Source: Candidatus Nitrosomirales archaeon
GTDB lineage: Archaea; Thermoproteota; Nitrososphaeria; Nitrososphaerales; UBA213
Direction: 5' to 3'
Length of the DNA: 64,000 nt
Assembly: GCA_049199595.1 (NCBI GenBank)
Contig: JBMCYV010000005.1
Span: 995 to 64,994, forward strand
Shown here piece after piece: positions 27,863-37,399 of this stretch. Numbering within the stretch: position 1 is the first letter of the stretch; every line of letters starts with the position of its first letter. The notes below the pieces were generated by a model. That model ran no database searches, was not told the DNA's origin, and saw only the letters and a program-made list of their open reading frames with translations. A program made the translations under genes and the position numbers.

Positions 27863-27903
27863 ATAGGAATTATTATATAATAGGATTTCTTATAGGATCC
27901 TAT
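27863..27903 (+). promoter_or_regulatory. putative vapBC promoter/operator: three ATAGGA repeats, a TATA-like box and a 12-bp perfect palindrome over the start codon
   Basis: ATAGGA occurs at 27863, 27880 and 27892. ttattatataa lies at 27870-27880. The palindrome ATAGGATCCTAT spans 27892-27903 and overlaps the vapB ATG (27902). Confidence 0.35.
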
Positions 27904-28123
27904 GGTTGAAGAGGTTGTTGTAACACGTAGGGGTCAAACGACAATACCCATTAAAATGAGAAAAAAATTGGCAATTAATGAAGGTACAATTCTACAGGTT
28001 GCTTTAAAGGGTCAAGAAATTGTATTTCGCAAAGCCAAATCCACCTTTGACCTTGCTGGTACTAGCAAGTTATCTACCAAGAGAGCCCGTGAACTCTTAG
28101 ATAGGATGCGAAAGGAAGAGTGA
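27902..28123 (+). CDS. vapB: AbrB/SpoVT-family antitoxin (VapB-type)
   Basis: VVTRRGQTTIPIKMRKKLAINEGTIL is a swapped-hairpin AbrB motif. 73 aa. It overlaps the downstream PIN gene by 4 nt. Confidence 0.8.
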   Translation: MVEEVVVTRRGQTTIPIKMRKKLAINEGTILQVALKGQEIVFRKAKSTFDLAGTSKLSTKRARELLDRMRKEE

Positions 28124-28503
28124 CGCAGATAAACCGTCTTTATGATACCCGCTACTTCTGGGAGATCTATACTACGCAGGATCCAGACAGGATTACAAGG
28201 CTGAGATCTCTTCTTGTAGAAAGAAGGCACAGGCTCGTGTCTTCGATCACGTTATATGAATTGTACAAGTTATCTATTGCAAACGAAGGGAAGGATGTTG
28301 CAGAACTTCGTTGCCTTCTTGCCAAGAAGGATATGCAGGTGGTAAGTGTAGATAGCGGCATAGCTGAAGAAGCTGCAAGAATAAGCTATCAAAGCAGAAT
28401 ACCCATGGCAGATGCACTCATCATCGCTACAGCAAAGATATCTGGTGCCGAATGCATAACTGATGACCCACATTTTACATCGGTGAAGACCAGATGGATA
28501 TAG
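28120..28503 (+). CDS. vapC: PIN-domain toxin (VapC-type ribonuclease)
   Basis: 127 aa with acidic residues in PIN order: LYDTRYF (N-terminal Asp), mid Glu, ADALIIATAK, CITDDPHF. Confidence 0.8.
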   Translation: MTQINRLYDTRYFWEIYTTQDPDRITRLRSLLVERRHRLVSSITLYELYKLSIANEGKDVAELRCLLAKKDMQVVSVDSGIAEEAARISYQSRIPMADALIIATAKISGAECITDDPHFTSVKTRWI

Positions 28504-28510
28504 GAACTAT

Positions 28511-29629
28511 CTAAAAGTTAATTGGAAAAGGCAGGGGCGCACATAGCAATGCCAAGAACAAAGCTATAACATAGATCATCTTTCTCTTTTTGGATAGCGG
28601 AGATACATCATCAAGCGGCTTTACATCAGGAGATCTACTATTCATCATCAATATGAACAACGCCATGAAGACGTAATTTAGAGCGGCAAGAATACCTACG
28701 CTGACAAAGGTCAGTCTTCTATGCCATTTTAGACCCAGCGCCGCACGTGTTATATGTCCTCCATCAAGCTGCCATGCAGGTAACAAGTTAAGGAAAGTCA
28801 GGAGGAATCCGATCCAAGCAGCAAAGGCAATTGGAGACATGATTGGTACAAAACCTTCTACAAGCTTGCCAGACGCAAAGAAAGTACCTACCATAATTAG
28901 GCTGGGGTTGATCTTGATCAACTGGGGTTGAGCTTGATTCATCAACACACTTGCTTGGTCCGCAGGAATGAGCGGTGATAGCATCGCACCATAGATCGAA
29001 ACCAGCACGGTTACTATCAGACCTGCTATCGGACCAGCTACACCGATATCAAAAAGAATGTCTCTGTTAGGCATATGAGCTCTCGAAAAGATTACTGCAC
29101 CAAACGTAGGGGGACTGATGAAGAACCCAGGTATGCCAGGTATGAAGAAGGGCCACGTAGCCTTCACCTTGTGTTTCCTCGATGCTATTACATGCCCGAG
29201 TTCATGAATACCTAGAATGCCCATTAGAGAAAGCGTATAGATCATCGCCATCTCCCACGGGTCTGCAATGTAAGCACTGAGATTCATTGTCTGTGATCTT
29301 AGCAACCCGTCATACATTACCACACCAACAGTAACTGCAAAGAGAGCTATTGGCATCCATGTCTTGAGCCTAGTCTTGCCAACTGGCGCTGTTCCAACAG
29401 TAACAGTCAAACCTTGGCTATTGATCCTCCGCAGTGCAGCAATCATTTCATACGCTCTCAAATCGTTAATAATTTTCTGAAAATCCTCCTTCAGTGTAGG
29501 AGAATCTTCTATGGAAAATTCTAGCGAACCATCCTCTCTTGCATAGTGATCCGTGACCTTCACATGTGACGATACTATGGACAATACGGTGTTATGGTCA
29601 ATAGGCTGACTGCCCTGTGTAGATACCAA
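28511..29629 (-). CDS. site-2 protease family (M50) membrane metalloprotease
   Basis: HELGHVIASRKH (HExxH in a TM helix) and NLLPAWQLDGGH (the M50 second motif). Polytopic. Confidence 0.8.
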   Translation of the reverse strand: MVSTQGSQPIDHNTVLSIVSSHVKVTDHYAREDGSLEFSIEDSPTLKEDFQKIINDLRAYEMIAALRRINSQGLTVTVGTAPVGKTRLKTWMPIALFAVTVGVVMYDGLLRSQTMNLSAYIADPWEMAMIYTLSLMGILGIHELGHVIASRKHKVKATWPFFIPGIPGFFISPPTFGAVIFSRAHMPNRDILFDIGVAGPIAGLIVTVLVSIYGAMLSPLIPADQASVLMNQAQPQLIKINPSLIMVGTFFASGKLVEGFVPIMSPIAFAAWIGFLLTFLNLLPAWQLDGGHITRAALGLKWHRRLTFVSVGILAALNYVFMALFILMMNSRSPDVKPLDDVSPLSKKRKMIYVIALFLALLCAPLPFPINF

Positions 29630-29711
29630 CCATTAGTTCAACCAGCTTAACACATTAATATTTTGTCATATCTGATTAAAGTTAAATATCGTATTTGTAC
29701 TAGCAGTAACG

Positions 29712-30206
29712 TTGCAGACTGCACTCAGGCATGTTGGAGACTACGTAGTAAGAAGGTCTGAACTGGAAGATCTTCACGCTGTGGTAGAGATCAACATGTC
29801 GACTCTACCTGAACATTATTCTGACTATTTCTTCGAATCTATCCTGAAAGAGCTTCCAGAAGCTTTCATTGTGACAGAACTAGATGGCAAGATCGTCGGA
29901 TACATCATGTGCAAGCTGGAGTTTGGATTTTCCAATTTCCGTAAATTAGGCTTTGTGAAAAAGGGTCATGTCGTTTCCGTAGCGGTAATTCCAGAGCACA
30001 GGAACAAGGGTCTTGGCAAGGCCCTGATACAAGAAGGAATATCAGGCATGGCCTCCAAGAAGTGTGATGAGGTCTATCTTGAAGTCAGGGTCAGCAACGA
30101 ATCTGCCGTAAAGCTGTACGAGCAACTGGGATTCATAATAAAGACAAAGATCAGGGGCTACTACAGGGACGGCGAAGACGCTTATCTAATGGCAATTGAG
30201 TTGTAA
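29712..30206 (+). CDS. GNAT N-acetyltransferase (RimI / archaeal Ard1-like)
   Basis: TTG start. Acetyl-CoA motif SVAVIPEHRNKGLGKALI and C-terminal YYRDGEDAYLM. Confidence 0.8.
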   Translation: MQTALRHVGDYVVRRSELEDLHAVVEINMSTLPEHYSDYFFESILKELPEAFIVTELDGKIVGYIMCKLEFGFSNFRKLGFVKKGHVVSVAVIPEHRNKGLGKALIQEGISGMASKKCDEVYLEVRVSNESAVKLYEQLGFIIKTKIRGYYRDGEDAYLMAIEL

Positions 30207-30246
30207 GTTTGCATAGGTTAAATTTAACCAGCATAGTTATACGAAT

Positions 30247-31893
30247 GTGGTAGCATTATTCAGTGAATTTGCAAGTGTTTGCGATCAGATAAGATCTACA
30301 CGGAGCAAAAACGAAAAAGTGAAGATACTTGCAGCATATATCAAAACCTTGGATGATGAGTCACTAAGAATCTCATGCATGTTTCTATCTGGTAACGCTT
30401 TACCAAAGGGATCGGGTCTAGATCTAAATGTCGGATACAGTTTGATCTGGGATGTTATAACAGAAGTATCAAACTTAGCATCAAATGAACTGAGAAACGT
30501 ATATCTCAAACATGGAGATCTTGGTGAACTCGCAGAACATGCCCTTGCAAAGAGAAAGATGGAACCGTTGATAAAGAACGAGTTAACGCTCGATCACGTT
30601 TACGAACAGTTCAAGAGGATAGCAATCACAACTGGACAAGGTTCAACAGAAGATAAGAAGAAGATGATCATCGGATTGATCATGAACTGCTCACCAGTTG
30701 AAGCTAAATACTTTGCCAAAATCGTAGTTAACGAGTTCAGGATTGGACTTGTGGAAGGTCTTGTCGAGCTTGCCATTGCAGAAGCTTTTGCTCGAAATCT
30801 TGAGGATGTCAGAGAAGCGTTTCTGGTTGCTGGGGACATAGGTCATGTAGCGTTCCTCGCAAAGAATGACAAACTATCGTCTGCAGTTATGCAACCATTT
30901 ACGCCCATAAACTTCATGCTTGCCGATGTTATGTTTAATGCAAAGGAGATCGCAGAGTATTTTAGCAAACCATTGATCTCTGAATACAAGTACGACGGCA
31001 TAAGAGCACAGATGCACAAGATTGGAGATAAGATCAGGATATTTTCGAGGAGGCTAGAAGACATAACTACGCCGTTTCCTGAAGTTGTGGATGCCGCTTT
31101 ACAACACAAGAACAATTTCATTCTTGATGGCGAGATAGTTCCGTTCCGCGACGGCAAGCCATTGCCGTTTAATGATCTGCAGAGGAGGCTCAGAAGGAAG
31201 CATGTCGATCTAGAGTTGATCAACGAAATTCCAGTTGTCTATATTGCGTATGATATATTGTATCTAGACGGTTCGAGCAGGATTAAGGAACCGTTAACGA
31301 ACAGAAAGGAAATGTTGAACGGAATTGAATTCAGGAGACCGTTGATAAATTCTCCGTTCTCAATACTTGATTCTGAAGAAAGCATTGCAAAGATGTTTGA
31401 AGAAAGCAGAAGTTTGGGACATGAAGGCTTAGTATTGAAAGATCCGAGATCAACTTATCAACCCGGAAAGAGGGGAAAGCATTGGGTAAAGCTCAAGAAA
31501 GAACTCGATACCATAGATGCCGTAATTGTTATAGCTGAGTATGGCCATGGCAAGAGAGCTGGGGTTTTGTCGGATTACACGTTTGCAGTAAATGACAACG
31601 ATGAACTTAGGGTCATTGGCAAGGCATATTCTGGATTGACAGATGAAGAGATCGATGAGATGACCAGCAGATTGAAATCAATAATGATCAAAGACGAGAG
31701 TTTCAGGGTAATTGTGAAGCCTGAAATAGTGCTGGAAGTAGCATTCGATGGTATACAAAAGAGCGACAGGCATGACAGCGGTTATGCATTAAGGTTTCCC
31801 AGAATAAAACGCATACGGCACGACAAGAGTGTAAATGATATCGATACACTAGAGAAAGTACGATCAATCTACTCTAAGCAAACAGTAGCCTGA
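30247..31893 (+). CDS. lig: ATP-dependent DNA ligase
   Basis: Adenylation motif I SEYKYDGIRAQ. Also LDGEIV, EGLVLK and a C-terminal OB domain with RFPRIKRIRHDK. Confidence 0.95.
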   Translation: MVALFSEFASVCDQIRSTRSKNEKVKILAAYIKTLDDESLRISCMFLSGNALPKGSGLDLNVGYSLIWDVITEVSNLASNELRNVYLKHGDLGELAEHALAKRKMEPLIKNELTLDHVYEQFKRIAITTGQGSTEDKKKMIIGLIMNCSPVEAKYFAKIVVNEFRIGLVEGLVELAIAEAFARNLEDVREAFLVAGDIGHVAFLAKNDKLSSAVMQPFTPINFMLADVMFNAKEIAEYFSKPLISEYKYDGIRAQMHKIGDKIRIFSRRLEDITTPFPEVVDAALQHKNNFILDGEIVPFRDGKPLPFNDLQRRLRRKHVDLELINEIPVVYIAYDILYLDGSSRIKEPLTNRKEMLNGIEFRRPLINSPFSILDSEESIAKMFEESRSLGHEGLVLKDPRSTYQPGKRGKHWVKLKKELDTIDAVIVIAEYGHGKRAGVLSDYTFAVNDNDELRVIGKAYSGLTDEEIDEMTSRLKSIMIKDESFRVIVKPEIVLEVAFDGIQKSDRHDSGYALRFPRIKRIRHDKSVNDIDTLEKVRSIYSKQTVA

Positions 31894-31937
31894 ACTTGGA
31901 AAGGGATAAATAAAACGAGATAAAGATGTGATACGCT

Positions 31938-32192
31938 TTGGCCAGAAAACCAAATAGATCTGTCGGTGCTGTGATATTCATTGCTTGCATGGCTGGTTTC
32001 ATAATTTATGCTTGGTTGTTGTTAGTTTCTGAATGGAGCGCTCTTGCTCTGAAATTAACAGTTTTGGCATTAGTGGCAGTTCTGCTTGGTCTTTTGGCTT
32101 GGATAGGATTGACGATTGCAAGCACGCCATCTGGCCCTGATGAGAAAGGACAGAGCGTTAGAGAATTAGGATCAGAAGAACCTCAAAAATAA
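31938..32192 (+). CDS. small two-TM membrane protein, hypothetical
   Basis: 84 aa, TTG start, two clear hydrophobic helices and an acidic tail. Confidence 0.4.
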   Translation: MARKPNRSVGAVIFIACMAGFIIYAWLLLVSEWSALALKLTVLALVAVLLGLLAWIGLTIASTPSGPDEKGQSVRELGSEEPQK

Positions 32193-32195
32193 TGA

Positions 32196-33032
32196 TCACT
32201 TGAAGATCATTACATCTGCAACTACTTGGTAAAACCTCGGGCCGACTTCTCGCACTACTCTAGCTCCTTTCATTTCATATTTCACTTTCATTAAACTTGC
32301 CAGCTCTTCTCCACAAACGTCTAGAGCATATTTTCTAGAATCCGAGTGAACATGCGTAAAATAATGTATGATACCTTTTTCTTTCAAAGCCATTACAGCA
32401 TACTCCAAGTATTCTTTCGCTCTTTCTGGCAGTGGCATCAAGACTCTATCTGCTTTTCCCTTCAATTCATTCGTGATAATGTTTTTCGCATCGCCAAGCA
32501 TTGGTACAACACTTTCGGTAACTTTGTTGAGTTTCACGTTTTCAGCACAGAGCGAGTATGCATCGGGATTTATGTCTATGCTGTATATTTTACACTTGTG
32601 TTTCTTTGCAATTATGATCGAAAATGTGCATATGCCAGCAAACATGTTCACTATAACTTCACCATCATTGACCAAGGCAGCGATTCGTTCTCGTTCAGTA
32701 GAAAGCCTTGGAGAGAAGTAAACTTTTGAGACATCGACCTTGAACCTGCAGTTGTGTTCTTTGTAGATCGTCAGCGTTCTATTTTCTCCAGCAATATACT
32801 CCACACCTCTTACCCTGAAATCTCCTTGAACGGGAGATGATTGCATGAATACTGATTTTACTGGTTTGACCTTGCTCAAGATAGCATCAGCGATTAACTG
32901 TTTTTTAGCACTCATAGAATCCGGTATCTTGATTATCACAATATCTCCTATGATATCGAAGGAAGAGAAAACTTCGTTTATCTCAGTCTCGCTAAGAACA
33001 CTTTTCAATGCTTGTTTGAGCATCTTTGTCAT
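32196..33032 (-). CDS. class I SAM-dependent tRNA methyltransferase, Trm5/Taw2 (Met-10+) family
   Basis: FSPRLSTERERI, SAM motif VVNMFAGICTFSIIIA, then DINPDA ... LMPLPE. Confidence 0.75.
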   Translation of the reverse strand: MTKMLKQALKSVLSETEINEVFSSFDIIGDIVIIKIPDSMSAKKQLIADAILSKVKPVKSVFMQSSPVQGDFRVRGVEYIAGENRTLTIYKEHNCRFKVDVSKVYFSPRLSTERERIAALVNDGEVIVNMFAGICTFSIIIAKKHKCKIYSIDINPDAYSLCAENVKLNKVTESVVPMLGDAKNIITNELKGKADRVLMPLPERAKEYLEYAVMALKEKGIIHYFTHVHSDSRKYALDVCGEELASLMKVKYEMKGARVVREVGPRFYQVVADVMIFK

Positions 33033-33149
33033 GGCTACTAATGAAAGAAGAGCTGTAACAAATACATTGTTTTAATGACCTAATGCAGTTCTCATGAACG
33101 TTTGCCATTTCCAGAATAATTTACCAAGTGATAGATGAAGAAGTTTGAG

Positions 33150-33389
33150 TTAAGAAAGAGCATCCCTACCGTCAGCCTCCTCGATATCTTCCAGTTTTAT
33201 CCTCTTCTTACTCTTTATAATGCCAAATGTCTGTGCCACCGTGATCGAATTCTTCGGTTTTATCACTATCTTATTTCCTTGAACTACAATGATCACCCAG
33301 TCCTTTTCCTTAATTCCCAGTACCTTTCTTATCTTACTAGGAAGAGTTATCCTACCTTTATCCTGTATTTGTATTTCCATATTTCCCAC
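33150..33389 (-). CDS. AbrB/SpoVT-domain protein with no adjacent toxin gene
   Basis: MEIQIQDKGRITLPSKIRKVLGIKEKDWVIIVVQGNKIVIKP is an AbrB motif. No PIN or other toxin ORF lies downstream before trm5. Confidence 0.7.
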   Translation of the reverse strand: MGNMEIQIQDKGRITLPSKIRKVLGIKEKDWVIIVVQGNKIVIKPKNSITVAQTFGIIKSKKRIKLEDIEEADGRDALS

Positions 33390-33471
33390 TTTTTATAGGG
33401 CATAATTATACTTAAATTGTCTCATAGCTGATTTAACTAAAATTGTTTCGTTTTACGATTCTTTCAGTCTG

Positions 33472-35265
33472 TTACTTTACAAAGTAATAATTTCCAGATT
33501 CCTTTTGTGTTCTGTCCAATCGGCTTCCTATCTTGTTAACTCTTGGCCTGTTGCTATCTGGATCTCTCCTATACGTTAATTCCAGACCTTTCAGGAACAT
33601 ATTCATTCCCTGCTCCTTTGACAAAGTTTCCGTCGCGGTACCCTCAATGCTTGGCTTGCCAGTAAATATTACGAGCGTGTCAGCTACAAGGTCGATCAAC
33701 TGCATGTCATGGTCAATAATAACTGCAGATTTACCTTGAGACCTAACAAATCTCTGTATGAACTTCGCAAGAGCAATCCTGTCTTCAACGTCTAAAAACG
33801 CAGATGGCTCGTCCAGTGCGTAGATGTCGGCATCCCTCAACAAACATGCGACGACAGCAACCTTCTGCAGCTCCCCGCCGCTCAAGGTGCTTACCATCTT
33901 GTCATAAAATTTCTTGGCTCCTATGGGCACAACTATTTGCTCTTCGATACTACTACCTTCAACAGGTTTCTCATAAGCAGCATCTAACAATGATCTAACA
34001 TCACCTTCATACTCTTGACTCAAATATTGTGGCTTGTAGGATATTTTCGCCTTGACATCTATCTTTCCACCGTCAGGTTTCTCTACGCCAGCCAGCATCT
34101 TCATCATAGTAGTTTTTCCTAACGCATTTGCACCAACTATGCCAACAACTTCGCCTTTCCTTATATTTCCCGAAGCCACTTTCAGTGTAAAAGAAGGATA
34201 CTTTTTTTCCAGATCAAAATATTCTGCAACCTTTTCTTGCTGAATGAACTCCTCAGTGGTCGTAGTGGACTCGAACCTGAACGCCTTATCACGAAACCTT
34301 ACGTTCTCGTTTGGCAAGTAACCATCTAAGAACACGTTTATGCCAACCTTTGTGTTCAACACTCCAGATACTATACCATATGCTCCAGGTTCGCCATAGA
34401 GGACGTAGACATAGTCGCTTAGATAGTCCAAGAGTGCAACATCATGCTCGACAACCATGACGCTCTTGCCTATGGACGCAAGTCCATGTATTACTCTTGC
34501 AACTGCAAGCCTCTGGTAAACATCGTTGTAGGACGAAGGTTCGTCGAAGAAGTAAAAATCAGCTTCCTTGTTAGCAGTTATGGCAACAGCTAACCTCTGG
34601 AGTTCTCCTCCACTAAGTTCTTCAACATTCCTATCAAGTGAATCCTTTAATCCCAGCTCTTCTACGAGTTCATTGGTAACATTTCTTTCATCATATTTTG
34701 TTAAGAGCTCTTTTGTTGTTCCTCGGAAAATCTTGGGTATCATGTAGACCTTCTGGGGTTTTATTGAAGCCTTGATATCATTGCCAGCGATCTTTTCAAA
34801 GTGTCCCTTGAGCTCCGTACCATGGAAGTACTCTAGAATTCCATCCCATTCAGGCTCCTTCTCATAGGACCCAAGATTGGGTTTGAACGATCCGGATAAT
34901 ATATTGACGATCGTAGTCTTACCCATACCATTCCTGCCTAGCAAACCAACAACCGCTTCCTTCTTTGGAGCCGGGAGTTTGTAAAGCCTGAACGAGTTTA
35001 TACCATACTGGTGAACCTTTTGTTCGCCCAACTCCCGTGCAAGATTGACTATGGTTATGGCATCGAACGGGCATACTTTTACACATATTCCGCAGCCGTT
35101 GCAGATATTTTCATCGATAACAGCAACAGCTTTGGTTCTATCCTCCTCGCTCAAAACAATGCAATCTGCTCCAGACTTGTTCACGGGACAGAACTTTATG
35201 CACTCTAACCCACATTTCTTTGGCTGGCATGTTTCTTTATCGACTACAGCGACTCGATGGCTCAA
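33472..35265 (-). CDS. ABCE1 (RNase L inhibitor homologue) ribosome-recycling ATPase
   Basis: N-terminal 2x[4Fe-4S] (CGLECIKFCP, CNGCGICVKVCP). Two ABC cassettes (GRNGMGKTT / LSGGELQR and GANALGKTT / LSGGELQK). Confidence 0.95.
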   Translation of the reverse strand: MSHRVAVVDKETCQPKKCGLECIKFCPVNKSGADCIVLSEEDRTKAVAVIDENICNGCGICVKVCPFDAITIVNLARELGEQKVHQYGINSFRLYKLPAPKKEAVVGLLGRNGMGKTTIVNILSGSFKPNLGSYEKEPEWDGILEYFHGTELKGHFEKIAGNDIKASIKPQKVYMIPKIFRGTTKELLTKYDERNVTNELVEELGLKDSLDRNVEELSGGELQRLAVAITANKEADFYFFDEPSSYNDVYQRLAVARVIHGLASIGKSVMVVEHDVALLDYLSDYVYVLYGEPGAYGIVSGVLNTKVGINVFLDGYLPNENVRFRDKAFRFESTTTTEEFIQQEKVAEYFDLEKKYPSFTLKVASGNIRKGEVVGIVGANALGKTTMMKMLAGVEKPDGGKIDVKAKISYKPQYLSQEYEGDVRSLLDAAYEKPVEGSSIEEQIVVPIGAKKFYDKMVSTLSGGELQKVAVVACLLRDADIYALDEPSAFLDVEDRIALAKFIQRFVRSQGKSAVIIDHDMQLIDLVADTLVIFTGKPSIEGTATETLSKEQGMNMFLKGLELTYRRDPDSNRPRVNKIGSRLDRTQKESGNYYFVK

Positions 35266-35360
35266 TATTGACGAACGTTGGTTTTATATCATATATCTCT
35301 ATCTAGATTTTTTGTGCATTATGGGAAGATTAATTTAACCCAGCTTGCAAGTTCTTGCTA

Positions 35361-35477
35361 AGCCGGCCATAGCGGCAGGGTCAGACCTGGTCCCATTCCG
35401 AACCCAGAAGTCAAACCTGTCGTCGCTGTCGTGTTAGTGAGTTGCGTAAGCACTCGCGAAGCGGCAGTGCCGGTACC
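35361..35477 (+). rRNA. 5S rRNA (stand-alone, not linked to 16S/23S in this window); ends approximate
   Basis: GCCGGCCATAGCGGCAGGGTCAGACCTGGTCCCATTCCGAACCCAGAAGTCAAAC... is the 5S loop B/C consensus. Helix I is GCCGGC/GCCGGT. A TATA-like attaatttaa lies about 25 nt upstream, and a T-run follows immediately after. Confidence 0.85.
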
Positions 35478-35540
35478 TTTTGCAATTTGACTATACCTTT
35501 TTATTTTGCCTGAGAGAAGTGTTTCATATCAGTGATATAA

Positions 35541-36572
35541 GTGGCGTTTAACTCTAAGGAAAGATTGAAGGAAGTTCTCAAGGGATTTGCTGGCAAAAGG
35601 GTTCTTGTTATAGGAGATCTTATGGTAGACCATTATGTTGAAACTGCTGCAAAGAAACTGTCACGTGAAGCACCGATTCCTGTAAGTGATGTCGTTGCTG
35701 AAAAATCCTTCGCTGGGGGTTCATCCAACCTAGCCAGCAACATAGTTTCGCTTGGAGGGAAAGCTGCCGTGGTTGGTACCGTTGGTAAAGATTACGAAGG
35801 CGAATTGCTTATGGAAATTCTCGCAAAGGAGGGCATTGATACTGCAGGTATAACGACCTGCACTAGACCGACATCGCTGAAGACTAGATATTTTCTAGAC
35901 AATAGACAACATTTCAGGATAGACAGGGAAACGAGGACCGACATTGACAAGAATTTGACCGATGAATTGCTCAAAAGCATTGAATCGAACACAAGTAAGG
36001 TTGATTGTGTATCTATTTCTGATTATGACAAGGGCACAGTAACACCAAGATTGATCAACAGTACGGTAAAACTTGCCAAGAAACAGAACATTCCAATCTA
36101 TGGACAGCCAAAAGTAAATCATTACCTAGACTTCATAGGTTTCAATTGTGTAAAGTCAAACCTTAGAGAAGCAAGCAAGGCTACTGGTGTATCTATAATG
36201 AACGAATCCAGTCTGCGCAACATAGGCATTCATCTTTTAAGCAAACTCGAATGCAAATCGCTTGTACTGACAAGGGGAAGCAATGGACTAACAGTGTTCG
36301 AAGGTAACACCATGATCCACTTGCCGGCGTTAACACCTTCGAAAGAGTTCAGGAGGGCAATAGGTATAAGGGATGCTATAATGGCTGTTCTGGCATTATC
36401 TTTAACGGCGGGTGCTAATACTCTAGAGGCATCGATCCTGAGCAACATAACAGCTGCTGTAAGTAGTCTCGGTGCGACTACGCTCATTCTCTCAATGAAG
36501 AATTTTGAAGAATTTCTGTATGAGGGCAAGGAACTCCAGCAGCCAGTCTCGCAGGTACCGTTGCACAGGTGA
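35541..36572 (+). CDS. PfkB-family carbohydrate/nucleoside kinase (RfaE domain I-like)
   Basis: GTG start. The N-terminus VLVIGDLMVDHYV and the length and pattern are typical of the ribokinase fold. The substrate cannot be determined. Confidence 0.7.
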   Translation: MAFNSKERLKEVLKGFAGKRVLVIGDLMVDHYVETAAKKLSREAPIPVSDVVAEKSFAGGSSNLASNIVSLGGKAAVVGTVGKDYEGELLMEILAKEGIDTAGITTCTRPTSLKTRYFLDNRQHFRIDRETRTDIDKNLTDELLKSIESNTSKVDCVSISDYDKGTVTPRLINSTVKLAKKQNIPIYGQPKVNHYLDFIGFNCVKSNLREASKATGVSIMNESSLRNIGIHLLSKLECKSLVLTRGSNGLTVFEGNTMIHLPALTPSKEFRRAIGIRDAIMAVLALSLTAGANTLEASILSNITAAVSSLGATTLILSMKNFEEFLYEGKELQQPVSQVPLHR

Positions 36573-37399
36573 GTTTTTTGGAAAGCCAACAACTGGTCAG
36601 ACTTACAGAAATATCCAAGAATACAAGGAAACTTATCCTTGAGGCTGTAACCGAAGCTGGTTCAGGTCATCCTGGCGGATCTTTGTCAGCGGTAGAGATA
36701 CTTGTTACGCTGTACTTTTACAAGATGAAACACGATCCCAAAAATCCGTCTTGGGAGGATAGGGACAGGTTCATACTTTCAAAGGGACATGCTTCGCCAC
36801 TAATGTTCGCAATACTTGCACAAGCAGGGTACTTTCCTATAGAAGAACTCAAGACCTACAGAAAGATCAACAGCAGACTGCAGGGTCATCCAGATTTCAG
36901 AACTCCAGGTGTAGAATACCCAGGAGGTTCTCTGGGCATAGGATTGTCTGTTGCAGTAGGAATGGCACTTGCTGCCAGGCTTGACAACAAGAGTCATAGA
37001 ATATACGCGTTATTGGGCGATGGAGAGTTGCAGGAAGGTCAGGTATGGGAGGCTGCTATGACAGCAGCTAAGTACAGACTGGATAACCTTACTGCGATAA
37101 TCGATAGAAATGGCATACAGCAGGACGGTCTAACTGAAGAGATAATGCCTCTGGAACCGTTGGCTGCAAAATGGAAAGCGTTCAACTGGAATGTTATACA
37201 AATCGATGGATACAACTTCGAGCAGATAATACATTCGCTAGAAAAAGCAGAGAGTACGATCAACAGACCAACGGTGATAATAGCTCATACCACGAAGGGC
37301 AAGGGCGTATCTTTCATGGAGTGGTCACCGGAATGGCATGGCAAGGCACCAAAGAAGGAATTGCTGCAAAAAATAATCAAGGAGGAATTGGGTCTATGA
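36569..37399 (+). CDS. tkt: transketolase, N-terminal (TPP-binding) subunit
   Basis: GSGHPGGSLS, SKGHASP, GSLGIGLSVAVGMA, LLGDGELQEGQVWEA. Confidence 0.9.
   Translation: MSFLESQQLVRLTEISKNTRKLILEAVTEAGSGHPGGSLSAVEILVTLYFYKMKHDPKNPSWEDRDRFILSKGHASPLMFAILAQAGYFPIEELKTYRKINSRLQGHPDFRTPGVEYPGGSLGIGLSVAVGMALAARLDNKSHRIYALLGDGELQEGQVWEAAMTAAKYRLDNLTAIIDRNGIQQDGLTEEIMPLEPLAAKWKAFNWNVIQIDGYNFEQIIHSLEKAESTINRPTVIIAHTTKGKGVSFMEWSPEWHGKAPKKELLQKIIKEELGL

Noticed and set aside
33135-33398. 87-aa plus-strand ORF.
   Set aside because: It is antisense to the AbrB-domain gene, whose swapped-hairpin motif is unambiguous.
37171-37395. 5' extension of the rpe ORF as listed in the track (start at 37171).
   Set aside because: The extension lies inside tkt-N in another frame and has no epimerase similarity. 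The ATG at 37396 gives the canonical MSVKIAPSIL N-terminus and an ATGA stop/start overlap.
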